DNA of 64,000 nucleotides from the NCBI GenBank assembly GCA_963782055.1, contig CAWAIF010000003.1:960001-1024000 (forward strand). The letters run 5' to 3'. The first letter of the stretch is position 1; every line of letters begins with the position of its first letter. Positions 32,040-41,572 of this stretch are shown piece after piece. Under the pieces are notes generated by a model. It ran no database searches. It had not been told where the DNA came from and worked only from the letters and a program-made list of their open reading frames with translations. The position numbers and the translations under genes were made by a program. This DNA comes from an uncultured delta proteobacterium. GTDB lineage: Bacteria > Myxococcota_A > Polyangia > Polyangiales > Polyangiaceae.

Positions 32040-33659
32040 TCAAGCGCCCCTCGCGCGGCCGAGCGCGATGCCCGCGTCGGCGAGCGCCTGCGCCACCGCG
32101 ACCGCGGGGTCCGGATCGTCGAGGTCCCGCTTGGCGACCACCTCGTAGCGCGCGCCGTCGGCGTCGATGCCGAGCAGTCGCACGCGCGGCGCGCCGTGCC
32201 GGGTGGCGCCCGCCGCGAGCAGCACCTCGCGCACCTCGGGCTGCGATGCCTTCGGGTCGACGACGACGTCCACCACCGCGAGCGGGTAGGGGCCGAGCAC
32301 GCGCACCGGTCGCACGAGCGTCGCGAGGTGCGGGACGCGCAGCTCGGTGCCCTCGCCGTCGTGGATGCGGATGTCCAGAAGGGTGAGCGTGGCGACGCGC
32401 CCCTGGCGCCCGTCGTAGGAGACGAAGTCCCCCACGCGCAGGCGCCGCCAGAAGACGCTCACGAAGCCGACCGCCGCAGACGCGAGCAAGGGCACAGTCG
32501 CCAGCCCGAGCGCGCCCATCATCACGAACGCCGCGCGCCCCGCCGTCCCCTGCTCGGACCCGGTCACCAGCGGCGCGCCGACGACCAGCGCGGCCACCAC
32601 GATGCCCAGCCGAACGACCGCGCTCGTCGGCCCCGCGAAGTCCTGCGGCAGCCACACGAACTGCGTCTCGCCGCTCTCGACGCTCTGGAAGAAGAGGCGC
32701 ACGAACCGCAGGAGGAGCGCGAGCGCGAGGGTGGCGATGACGCCCACCACGATGAGCGGCAGCGACACCGCGAGGCGGCCCGCCAGCGCGCCGAAGGGCA
32801 CGAGCACCAGCCCGGTGACGCGCTTTCCCACGTCGCGCGTGCTCTCGAACAAGGAGAGCACGAAGACGAGCCACACGTAGAGCAGCGCGAGCTGCATCGC
32901 GCGCTCGAGGGCGGAGACGCCGAGGCGTATCGCGCCCTGGAAGGCGGCCGGACGCAGGACCTCGATGGCGCCGGCGCGCAGGCCCGGCAGGCGCTTGGCG
33001 TTCTTCTGGATCCAGACGCGCAGCTTCCGCGAGATGTCGCTCAGCCGTCGGATGGCGAGGAAGGCGAGCAGGCCGGTGAAGACCACGAGCGACCACGCGA
33101 AGACGGTGTGCGCGACGTCGCGGCGCGTGCGCTCCGCGTGGACCGCGTCGCGCACCGCCTGGGCGACGGCCGCGCCGTGCACCTGCAGCGATGCATCGCC
33201 CGCCGCGCGCGCGTCCTCGGGGCCGAGCTGGACGACGGGCGCCTTGCCCAGCATCACCACGGCGACGTCCGGCCGCGTCCGCTCGACGGTGACGTCGGCG
33301 TCGGGATCGCTCTCGAAGGCGTGCTCGAGGGCCTGCTGCGCTCGCCGCGCGCGCTCCTCCGCCGGCACGCCGAGGCGCCCCACGCGCAGGACGAAGACCT
33401 CGTGGTCGTGGAGGTGGACCGGGAAGCTCTCTGCCGGCGCCGGCGCTTGCGGTTCGGCGCTCGTGACGGCTGTCGCGGCGGGTACGACGGCCGCCGAGGC
33501 GCCTGCGCCCGCGTCGACGGCGACGGCGACCGCCCCCGCCTCGGGTGCGGCCCACGCGAGCGCCGCGAGCAGCGTCACCACGAGCAGCGCGAGCCCCGCG
33601 ACCGCCCAGGGTCCACGAGCTCGAGCGAGACGAGTCCGTGAGAGACGGGTCACGTGCAT
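32040..33659 (-). CDS. MscS-family mechanosensitive channel with N-terminal extracytoplasmic domain
   Basis: LRVGDFVSYDGRQGRV...ELRVPH; TM helices; start uncertain. Confidence 0.75.
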   Translation of the reverse strand: MHVTRLSRTRLARARGPWAVAGLALLVVTLLAALAWAAPEAGAVAVAVDAGAGASAAVVPAATAVTSAEPQAPAPAESFPVHLHDHEVFVLRVGRLGVPAEERARRAQQALEHAFESDPDADVTVERTRPDVAVVMLGKAPVVQLGPEDARAAGDASLQVHGAAVAQAVRDAVHAERTRRDVAHTVFAWSLVVFTGLLAFLAIRRLSDISRKLRVWIQKNAKRLPGLRAGAIEVLRPAAFQGAIRLGVSALERAMQLALLYVWLVFVLSLFESTRDVGKRVTGLVLVPFGALAGRLAVSLPLIVVGVIATLALALLLRFVRLFFQSVESGETQFVWLPQDFAGPTSAVVRLGIVVAALVVGAPLVTGSEQGTAGRAAFVMMGALGLATVPLLASAAVGFVSVFWRRLRVGDFVSYDGRQGRVATLTLLDIRIHDGEGTELRVPHLATLVRPVRVLGPYPLAVVDVVVDPKASQPEVREVLLAAGATRHGAPRVRLLGIDADGARYEVVAKRDLDDPDPAVAVAQALADAGIALGRARGA

Positions 33660-33708
33660 TCCTCCGGAATGTACACGAACGGCATCACGCGCCACCGCCG
33701 ACCGGACG

Positions 33709-35268
33709 TCAGCCCGGCGTCCCCTTCCCCCGACGCTTGCGGAGCAGCTCGGCCACCATGCGCAGGTCCTCCCGCCCAATCTCCCGCAGCAGGGCGAGCA
33801 GCAGCAGGAACACACCCATCAGGCCCACGGCCTCCACCGGAGCGAGCAGGCGCCCGACGGCGGGGAGGCGCAGCCCGATGGAGACCGTCCCGGCGAGCGC
33901 GATGAGGACGCGCACCGCCGTGCCGAGGCCCACGAAGGCGCCGGTCGCGCGCCGCACGAGCCACGCGGAGAGCAGCAGCGCAGCGCCGAGCGCGAGGGAG
34001 ACGGCCCACGCGGTGGCGTGGAGCTGCGCGGCGCCGAACGGCGCGTGGCGCGCGGCGAGGGTGCACGCGGAGGCGGCCATCACCGCGGCACCCGCGGTGA
34101 GCCACGCGCTCGTGCGCTCCTTGCCGATGCTGGACAGGATGGTGCAGGCGATGCCGAGCATGGCGAAGCCGCCCTGGCCGATCGCCAGCACCCGCAGGGT
34201 GGAGGCGCCACGCGCCGCGACCGTCGCGCCGTAGGCGAAGCGCAGGGAGGTCTCCGGCATGGCCGCGACGACGGCGACCATGGCGCCGGTGGCGATCGCC
34301 CCCAGGCGGGCGCCGCGCGCGACGTACGTGCGTACCGCCTCCCGATCGCCGTTGGCCGTGGCGTGAGCGAGCATGGGGAAGAGGACCTGCGTCAGGCTGA
34401 AGAGGAGCTGGTAGGGCAGGAAGGCGAAGAGCTGGCAGGCGCGGTAGACCGCCACCCACTCGTCCGCCGCGTGGGCGGCGGCCTCGCCGGTGAGCCCGGA
34501 GGCGAAGGCGCTCTTGGAGAGGAAGCGCCCCAGCAGGGTGATGTCCTGCTGCATGAGCGCGTTGGTGAAGAACTGCGCGAGCGCGAGCGGAAGCAGGATG
34601 CGCAGGTACTCGCGATTGGAGAGCAGCCCCGTCCGGTCCCCCCGCTTGCCCCAGCCCGTCATGCCGAGCGCGACCACGAGCACGAGCGCGGCGGCGACGA
34701 CGAAGCCGACGGAGGCGCCGAGGGTGCCCGCGCCGGAGTGGTGGAAGAAGAGCCAGCCGAAGCCCAGCACCGCCGCGGTGCGGAGGGTGGCGGAGAGCAC
34801 GTCGAGGGACGCCTGCTTGCCGAACCACCCGCGCCCGTTGAGCGCGCCGATGAGCGGCGCGTAGACGCCGTAGAGGAAGAGCACGCCGCTCATCACGAGC
34901 AGCGGCAGGCGTATGTACGGCGCGTCCTCGAACCAGGCGATGGCCCCGGACAGGGCCGCCATGACGATCCCCACCCCCGCCGCGATGGGCGTGTGCACGC
35001 GGAGGGCGGCGCGCTGCGCGACGTCGGCGCGGTCCTTCGCCTGCGCGACCGAGCGGCTCACGCCCTGCGTGGAGGCGGACACCACCACGTTCTTGACCAC
35101 GTTGGTCGCCGCGAGCACGCGGGAGAGCGCGCCGTAGCCGGCCAGGCCGATCACCCTGGGGAGCAGCGCCTGCTGCACCAGGCCGGTGAGGATGAAGAAG
35201 ACCTTGGCGCCAAGGACGAAAACGCCGCCGCGTCCGGCGCGCTTCGCGATGCCCTCGTCCTCGCTCAC
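33709..35268 (-). CDS. MOP-superfamily oligosaccharide flippase (Wzx/MurJ-like)
   Basis: 12-14 TM pattern; AKVFFILTG, YGALS, VAVYRACQLFAFLP, VLFPMLA. Confidence 0.8.
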   Translation of the reverse strand: MSEDEGIAKRAGRGGVFVLGAKVFFILTGLVQQALLPRVIGLAGYGALSRVLAATNVVKNVVVSASTQGVSRSVAQAKDRADVAQRAALRVHTPIAAGVGIVMAALSGAIAWFEDAPYIRLPLLVMSGVLFLYGVYAPLIGALNGRGWFGKQASLDVLSATLRTAAVLGFGWLFFHHSGAGTLGASVGFVVAAALVLVVALGMTGWGKRGDRTGLLSNREYLRILLPLALAQFFTNALMQQDITLLGRFLSKSAFASGLTGEAAAHAADEWVAVYRACQLFAFLPYQLLFSLTQVLFPMLAHATANGDREAVRTYVARGARLGAIATGAMVAVVAAMPETSLRFAYGATVAARGASTLRVLAIGQGGFAMLGIACTILSSIGKERTSAWLTAGAAVMAASACTLAARHAPFGAAQLHATAWAVSLALGAALLLSAWLVRRATGAFVGLGTAVRVLIALAGTVSIGLRLPAVGRLLAPVEAVGLMGVFLLLLALLREIGREDLRMVAELLRKRRGKGTPG

Positions 35269-35327
35269 CAAGCGAAGCCGTAGCAGGGAAGTGCGGGGCG
35301 CCGGAAGCGCAATCGGCTGCGGCTGAC

Positions 35328-36452
35328 TCAGTGCGTGGCGAAGGCGACGGGCGGGAGCGGAAGGAAGAGGTCGGGGCCCTTGCCGAGCAGGCAGCTGTCC
35401 CCGCGGTAGAAGGTGTGCACCGCGTACCCCGCGTCCACCTTGCGCCTGTCCCCGACCAGCAGCCGGTCGTCCACCCACACGAGCCCCGTCAGGTCGAAGC
35501 CCGGCGTGGGGCCGTACGACGGGCTGGAGAAGGTCTGCGTGGTCTGTCCGCTGTTCGCGTCGAAGGTGACCAGCACCGTGCGGTTCAGGTTGGGCGTCGC
35601 GTCGGCGAGAATGGCCGCGCCGCAGCCGCCGTTGCCGATGGCGACCTGGACGACGCTGCCGCCGAGCTGCGACTCGCGGAGCAGCAGCGAGCCCGTCCTC
35701 GTGGCGGGGGAGAAGCGCTCCACGCCCGCGTCGCTCTCGTGGTCGGCGTCGAAGCTGCCTGGCTCGGCGAGGTAGAAGTTGCCGCCCTGCTCTGTCATCA
35801 GCCCGAACGGGTTGCGGCCGGCGAGGGTGACGGTGCCCTCCACCTTGCGCGTGGCCAGGTCCACGACCGCCATGAGCGACGGCTGCGTGGACCTGGCTCC
35901 GCGCAGCATCCCCAGCGCGAAGAAGGCCTTGGGGGCACCCTGCGAGGTGGCGATGCGCACCGAGCTGGCGTCGGGGTTGCCGTCGGCGTCGAGGAAGCTC
36001 AGGTCCACCGTCGCCAGGGGCGCCCCGCCCGGCCCGAGCACCAGCTGGCTCGCGGTCAAGAAGCGCGCGATCCACAGCGACCCGTCGGGGGCGACCGCCA
36101 CGTCCTGCGGGTCGATGTTGCCCGGCTGCTCGCCCGCCTGCAGCGCCGAGAAGCTGTGGGTCCCCTTACCGCACGGGCTGAGCCCGACCTCGAAGATGGC
36201 CGCCGTCGTCCGGTTGAGGAAGAACTGGCGCCCCCCGGAGACCGCGAACGCCGGGTCGCCGCCGAGCGCCACGCTGCTCCCCAGCACCGCCGGCGGGCCG
36301 TCGAGGGGCAGGTAGCCGACCTCGCTGGTCTGGTCGTAGTCGCTGACGACGACGAGGACCGAATCCGCGGGACAGTCGTTGGCCGTCGCCCCGAGGCCTC
36401 CCGACCCGCAGCCGAGCAAGGTCAGGCAAGTGAAGAGCGCGCCCCGCCGCAT
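35328..36452 (-). CDS. Lipoprotein, putative beta-propeller
   Basis: Lipobox LLGC; DPQDVAV, LAGRNPFG, GVERF. Confidence 0.72.
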   Translation of the reverse strand: MRRGALFTCLTLLGCGSGGLGATANDCPADSVLVVVSDYDQTSEVGYLPLDGPPAVLGSSVALGGDPAFAVSGGRQFFLNRTTAAIFEVGLSPCGKGTHSFSALQAGEQPGNIDPQDVAVAPDGSLWIARFLTASQLVLGPGGAPLATVDLSFLDADGNPDASSVRIATSQGAPKAFFALGMLRGARSTQPSLMAVVDLATRKVEGTVTLAGRNPFGLMTEQGGNFYLAEPGSFDADHESDAGVERFSPATRTGSLLLRESQLGGSVVQVAIGNGGCGAAILADATPNLNRTVLVTFDANSGQTTQTFSSPSYGPTPGFDLTGLVWVDDRLLVGDRRKVDAGYAVHTFYRGDSCLLGKGPDLFLPLPPVAFATH

Positions 36453-36495
36453 CGGCGCCGAACCTAGCACGCTCCCGCCTGCGTGCAGCGGCCGG

Positions 36496-37017
36496 TCACT
36501 CCAGGTGCTGCGGGTCGAGCACCTGGCCGTTCGGCTTCAGTCCGGCCGCTCGCCACCGCGCCGCCTCGTCCGGCAGCTGCGGCGCCTGCACCGGCGTCAC
36601 GTCGTGGATCTCCAGCTCCGAGCCGTTCCCCCCGGACGCGGCGCGCACGTAGATGGTGATCTCCTTGTCCGGCTGGGCCGGCACCTTGACCCGGTCGAAG
36701 ACCGTCTGGGTGGCCCCGGCGGTGACCTTGCCCTCCCGCACCCGCGCCCGCACGTAGTTGGCGAGCGCGTCGGGGGTGGCCGGGTCGCTGGCGTAGACGA
36801 CGTCCACGAAGCGGTGCTTGACGTTGATGTTGCGCGGCAGCGGCAGGCCGAACGCCCGCTCCTTGCCCTCGAGCAGCTCACCCGGCGCGAGGTGGTCCAC
36901 CGGCACGGCCGAGGCGCTGGCGACGGCCTGCCCCGTCTGCTGCACCGGCGCTGCCTTGTGGCAGGCGGCGAGCGAGCAGCCCAGAAGCAGGAGGGCGGTC
37001 GTTCCCCGTCCGATCAC
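36496..37017 (-). CDS. Lipoprotein, hypothetical, coupled to pilY1
   Basis: Lipobox LAAC; VDHLAPGELLEG..AFGLPLP; GTGA overlap with pilY1 stop. Confidence 0.75.
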   Translation of the reverse strand: MIGRGTTALLLLGCSLAACHKAAPVQQTGQAVASASAVPVDHLAPGELLEGKERAFGLPLPRNINVKHRFVDVVYASDPATPDALANYVRARVREGKVTAGATQTVFDRVKVPAQPDKEITIYVRAASGGNGSELEIHDVTPVQAPQLPDEAARWRAAGLKPNGQVLDPQHLE

Positions 37018-40000
37018 TCGACCACCGCCGCCCAGGAATCCACGACCGAGACGGTACGCGGAGCGGGCAGCGAAACGGAGAACGTCGCGTTGCTCGCGCC
37101 GTTGTTGCCAGCGTTCTTTCCGCCGACCTGCGCCACGAGCGAATAGTTACCCGGCGTGACGTAATTGGCCAGCGTGTGCACACCGCCGGTGTAGGCGTCG
37201 GTCCCCGTGGCCGAGGTGTCGGCGCACGCCGGCGTGACGTTGATGGAGACGCCGGGGATGACCTTGCCGGCGAGCGACGTGTCGTAGGTGGCCGGCACGA
37301 TGTAGTCCGGCGGCTGAGGCGGCGGGTTCTGCGGCGGCTGCAGCCGCGGCACGCCGCCCTGCGACAGGTCCTGCGAGTCCTTGGGCAGCTCGTAGTCGCG
37401 GCCCCACATCTTGGCGGTGCCGCCCTGGCACACGCCCGCGTTGGAGGCGGCGGCGTAGGTGGTGAAGTAGAAGGTGCTGTCGAAGATGGTCATCGGCCCG
37501 GAGACGCGCTCGCCGTCGGTGAAGGGCAGGTACCAGTTCACCTTCGAGCGCAGGATGTTCGACTGCGTGTCGGCCGTCTCCGTCGTGGAGTAGACGAAGT
37601 TGGTTCCGGTCGGGGTGTAGGTCTCCTGGTCGCCCGTGGCGAAGGTGACGACCACCGAGCCGATGCGGTCCACCGCCACCACCGGGGCGACCTGGATGGG
37701 CTGCCCGTCGTTCCAGGAGGTCGCGCTCTTGTCGACGTCCTGGTTGTAGGCGTCGATGTACAGGCCGCCCGTCCACTTCTGCGGGTCGGTGTCGGTCAGG
37801 TCGAACTTCCAGATGGTGCCGTCGGCGTCACCGATGAACACCTTCTGCGCCACCGAGCCGGTGGTCGCGGGGTAGACGACCGGGACGCCCGTCATCGGGG
37901 AGTCGAGCGGCGTCTCGACGAGGCCGACGCGCTGCGCGTCGATGAGGGCCTGCGGCAGGTCCGCCTTGCGGCCGAAGACCCGCAGCACCTCGCCGGTGTC
38001 CAGCCGGACAATCGTGAGGGAGCGGCCGGGCACCGGGTCGGTCCCTGCCGACCAGCACCGGACCTTGTCGCGGCGGGCGAAGGTGTTGGTGGGGGCGAAG
38101 TCGTTGCCCGGCGCACCGTAGCGCGCGCAGGGGCCTCCCACCGCGGCGCCGTCGGACCCGCCCGGCAGGATCGCCACGCCCACCTCGTGCGGGCCGTTGC
38201 CGTCCAGGTCGGCGTAGACCGTGGTGATCGCCGGCGTCGCGCCGTGCTGGCCGAAGAGCTGCCGGTCCGCCTTGCCCTGGTAGTCCGGCATGTCGGTGAG
38301 CTGCCAGAGGAACTGCGGACCCTTGGTGAGGTCGGAGTTGGGGGCGGGATCCGTCACGTCCATCGCGTAGTAGCCGCGGTTGCCGGTGCCGAACCCGGCG
38401 ACCAGCGCGGTGTGCCAGTTGGTCGCCGCGAGCAGGCTCCCCGCGCCCTTGTCACGGTCGAACACCACGTCCTGGACGACGGGCGCGCCGTCGAGCAAGA
38501 GCTGGTGCGAGGACGGGTAGCTCGAGAGGAGCTTGGGCAGCACCGCCGGGGGCATGAACGCCCAGAGCTCGCCCTGCTCGCGCGTGGTCTTGTCCACGTC
38601 GGCGTCGAACGCGTGCAGCAGGCCGTCGTTGGTGGCCACGTAGAGCACCGTCTTGCGCGTGGCGTGGAGCGAGGCGAACGTGCGGTACGACTCGTCGCTC
38701 AGGTCCGCGCCCGGCGGGCCGACGACGGCGGGCGTCGAGTGGAAGACGTCGCCCATGGCCGAGCCCGCGCGCGACTGGAACGGCTGGAAGGTGAAGTCGG
38801 GCATGGCGTCGGTGGAGGGCTCCGCCATCGTGAAGTTGAGCGCGAGGTGCGCGCAGGAGGTCGTCGACAGCCACTCGGTGTTGGTGGTGTTCGGGCAGCT
38901 CGTCGCGCCGATCTTGAGCGAGAGCGGCGTCAGCGAGGAGAGGATCTGCCCCGCCGTCGAGCCCACCAGCGCGCCGCTGTAGGTGCCCAGCTTGTCGTCG
39001 CGGTGCACGCCGGGGAGGCTCGCGTTGGTGACGTTCGGCCGCATGGTCCCGCCGGAGTTGACGACGCCCGAGACGTTGTCGCCCAGCACCGAGCGGAAGG
39101 AGCGGTTCGCCTCCGAGCCGGGCAGGTTCAGGTTGACGCCGAAGTCGTCGCCCTCGTTCGGGTCCACCACCGGCGGCGGCACCGTGTAGGTGTTGTTGTT
39201 GAACGTGCACTGGAAGCGCTGCCGCTGCACCGTGCCCACCCACGGGCGCCCGGGGATGGGCGCGAAGGACGAGAGGAACATCGCCGCGTTCGTGACCTTG
39301 GCGTTCGGGTTCACCGAGGGGTTGGCCACCACAGGCGAGTACGCCGGCACCGTGCGCGTCGTCACGTTCTGCGCGATGTTGGCGACGATCGCGCCGAGCG
39401 CCTTGTTCAGGTCGCCCGCGGTGTCGGCGAAGTACGCCGAGCCCGTGCCTCCGGCGATGGCCATCTTCTGCAGCTCGCAGCACGGGCCGTAGAGCGCCTG
39501 CACGTTCGGGTCCGGGTTGCTGCACGTCGCCGAGAGCACGTTGTTCTGCACCAGGTCGGCGCACTTGACGATGGTGTTGCCGTCCTTGATCTGGCTCACC
39601 GCGAAGCCGATGACGAACGTCTTGACCTTGTGCTTGTTGGCGCCGCCCTGCGCGAGCTCGGCGATGGTGTCCTCCGGCAGCTGGTACGGGCAGACGCCGG
39701 GCTGGTTGGGGTCCTGCGGCGTGTACGCGCAGGCCGGGCGCAGGTCCATGTTGGGCGCGCCGTCGGTGATGTGAATGATGTACTCGTCGCGGCAGTCGCC
39801 CTGGACGTACGGGTCCGTCTGCTGCGGGCCCTTCGGGTCTTGCCAGAAGTAGTACTTCGCGTCGGCGAAGAGGCCGGCGGTGGGCGTCGCGCCGTAGGGG
39901 CGCATCGCGTTGACGGCGAGCTGGATCTGGTCGTTCGTCGTCTCCACCTGCGCGAGCGTGCCGTTGGGGTCGGGCAGCATGACCAGGCGCCCCTCCCAGG

Positions 40001-40868
40001 GCGGGGCCGCCGGGTTGCGGGCCCCCACCTCGAACGGCGAGTACGCCGAGCAGTCCGCGGGCTTGCCCTGGTTGCCGGCTCCGCCGCCGTTCCACCCGTC
40101 GAAGTAGCTCCAGCCTCCGCTGAACGGCGTGGTCGGCGTGTTGGCGATCTGCAGCCCGGTGAAGCTCGCGCCGGTGCCGGCGGCCGAGTCGGTGTCGTAC
40201 GTCATCAGCCCGAAGCGGATCATGTCGCGGGCCGAGTCCAGGATGCCGTTGGAGTACTGGCCGAAGGTGCATGTCCCGGCCGCGCCGGAGGCGAGGCGCG
40301 TGGTGATGGAGCCAGCGGGGAAGTCGGTCGCGTTGCCGCCCGCGCTCTTGGGGGGCGTACCCACGCCCTGCCCGCCGGGCACGCCCGGGAGCGCGCCCGG
40401 CGCGACGAGGCACGCCGTCGCCGCGCTGCTGCCCGTCGCGGGACGGTGGTACTTGAGGAAGTAGTTCACGTCGTACGGCGAGATGCCGTTGATCTTGTAC
40501 TCGCTGTCGAACTCGCTCCCGCTCGCGCGCGACATCCCGTAGCAGCTGTAATAGGGCGCCATGTCGCCGGTGAGCGACTGCATGGCGATGCCCCACCGGT
40601 TGGGCAGCGTCGAGACGCCGGGCGAGCAGGTGGCGCCCTCCGACTCCGGGTCGTTGCCGTCGAGCATCTTCTCCATCGACCCCGAGGTGTCGAGCAGGAT
40701 GACGGCGTTGGGGAGCGGCGGGTTGACGTCGACCTGCTGCGCGCGCGCCGTGTGGCCGGCGGAGAGGGCGCAGGCCCCGCCGAGGAGTCCGAGCAGCGTG
40801 CCGCGAAGGGCGTGCCGGCGCCGCCGCGTCGCGGGTGCTGCTTGCAGGAAGGACGTACGGTTTCGCAT
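37014..40868 (-). CDS. pilY1: PilY1-family type IV pilus adhesin (vWA plus C-terminal beta-propeller)
   Basis: LLDTSGSM MIDAS, GATPT, ITDG; MGDVFHSTP, ATNDGLLHAFD, ELWAFMPP, LLDGAP; GAGGAG RBS before ATG 40868. Confidence 0.88.
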   Translation of the reverse strand: MRNRTSFLQAAPATRRRRHALRGTLLGLLGGACALSAGHTARAQQVDVNPPLPNAVILLDTSGSMEKMLDGNDPESEGATCSPGVSTLPNRWGIAMQSLTGDMAPYYSCYGMSRASGSEFDSEYKINGISPYDVNYFLKYHRPATGSSAATACLVAPGALPGVPGGQGVGTPPKSAGGNATDFPAGSITTRLASGAAGTCTFGQYSNGILDSARDMIRFGLMTYDTDSAAGTGASFTGLQIANTPTTPFSGGWSYFDGWNGGGAGNQGKPADCSAYSPFEVGARNPAAPPWEGRLVMLPDPNGTLAQVETTNDQIQLAVNAMRPYGATPTAGLFADAKYYFWQDPKGPQQTDPYVQGDCRDEYIIHITDGAPNMDLRPACAYTPQDPNQPGVCPYQLPEDTIAELAQGGANKHKVKTFVIGFAVSQIKDGNTIVKCADLVQNNVLSATCSNPDPNVQALYGPCCELQKMAIAGGTGSAYFADTAGDLNKALGAIVANIAQNVTTRTVPAYSPVVANPSVNPNAKVTNAAMFLSSFAPIPGRPWVGTVQRQRFQCTFNNNTYTVPPPVVDPNEGDDFGVNLNLPGSEANRSFRSVLGDNVSGVVNSGGTMRPNVTNASLPGVHRDDKLGTYSGALVGSTAGQILSSLTPLSLKIGATSCPNTTNTEWLSTTSCAHLALNFTMAEPSTDAMPDFTFQPFQSRAGSAMGDVFHSTPAVVGPPGADLSDESYRTFASLHATRKTVLYVATNDGLLHAFDADVDKTTREQGELWAFMPPAVLPKLLSSYPSSHQLLLDGAPVVQDVVFDRDKGAGSLLAATNWHTALVAGFGTGNRGYYAMDVTDPAPNSDLTKGPQFLWQLTDMPDYQGKADRQLFGQHGATPAITTVYADLDGNGPHEVGVAILPGGSDGAAVGGPCARYGAPGNDFAPTNTFARRDKVRCWSAGTDPVPGRSLTIVRLDTGEVLRVFGRKADLPQALIDAQRVGLVETPLDSPMTGVPVVYPATTGSVAQKVFIGDADGTIWKFDLTDTDPQKWTGGLYIDAYNQDVDKSATSWNDGQPIQVAPVVAVDRIGSVVVTFATGDQETYTPTGTNFVYSTTETADTQSNILRSKVNWYLPFTDGERVSGPMTIFDSTFYFTTYAAASNAGVCQGGTAKMWGRDYELPKDSQDLSQGGVPRLQPPQNPPPQPPDYIVPATYDTSLAGKVIPGVSINVTPACADTSATGTDAYTGGVHTLANYVTPGNYSLVAQVGGKNAGNNGASNATFSVSLPAPRTVSVVDSWAAVVE

Positions 40869-40879
40869 GGCGGTGCTCC

Positions 40880-41572
40880 TCAGTTGCATCCTTCACGCAT
40901 CGGGCCGGCGGTGATCCGGGAGCGGCTCAGCTCTATCCCCTCCGAGCCGTAGAGGGCGGAGGGCGTCAGCGTCACGCCCTGCTGCTGCAACAGAACGGTG
41001 TCCGGCGCGGTGATGCCCACGGCGGTCACGGTGAACTGCTGGAAGCAGACGCCCAGGCGCGTGTCGATGCCGAACATGGAGCCCGCGGGCTCCGGGTCCG
41101 TCAGCTCCACGTAGAAGTCGCCCCGGAGCGGGTACGGCCCCAGGCTGCCTGCGGTGTTGTTCTGGAAGGACTCCACCGCCGGGAGGGAGGTGCCCCACGC
41201 CGCGGAGAGCTCCTGCGCCCCCATCCGGCGGCAGGCCTTGGACAGGTCCGACGCCGACACGTTCACGCTCGCCAGCGAGAGGCAGCCGGTGTCGCGCTGC
41301 GTGGGGTTCTTCATCATGCCGAGGTAGAGCTGGCCCGTCGTTCCGGCCATGGCCTGCGTACCCGCGAGCGCGCCGTACTCGCTGAGGTAGTGCGACTGCG
41401 CGGCCTGGCGGCCGTAGCCGCTCGTCTTCACCTCCACCGAGGCGGACTGCAGCGCGTACAGGCCGAGCGAGGCGAGCACGGCGAGCGTCATCGCCACGAT
41501 GAAGATGATGGCGCCCTGCTGCGTGGCACGCAGGCGGGCGCGGCGCTTGACGGCGGAGAGGGAGGTCGACAT
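40880..41572 (-). CDS. pilX: PilX-like minor pilin
   Basis: QQG/AIIFIVAMTLAVL without E5; QSHYLSEYG; position before pilY1. Confidence 0.75.
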   Translation of the reverse strand: MSTSLSAVKRRARLRATQQGAIIFIVAMTLAVLASLGLYALQSASVEVKTSGYGRQAAQSHYLSEYGALAGTQAMAGTTGQLYLGMMKNPTQRDTGCLSLASVNVSASDLSKACRRMGAQELSAAWGTSLPAVESFQNNTAGSLGPYPLRGDFYVELTDPEPAGSMFGIDTRLGVCFQQFTVTAVGITAPDTVLLQQQGVTLTPSALYGSEGIELSRSRITAGPMREGCN

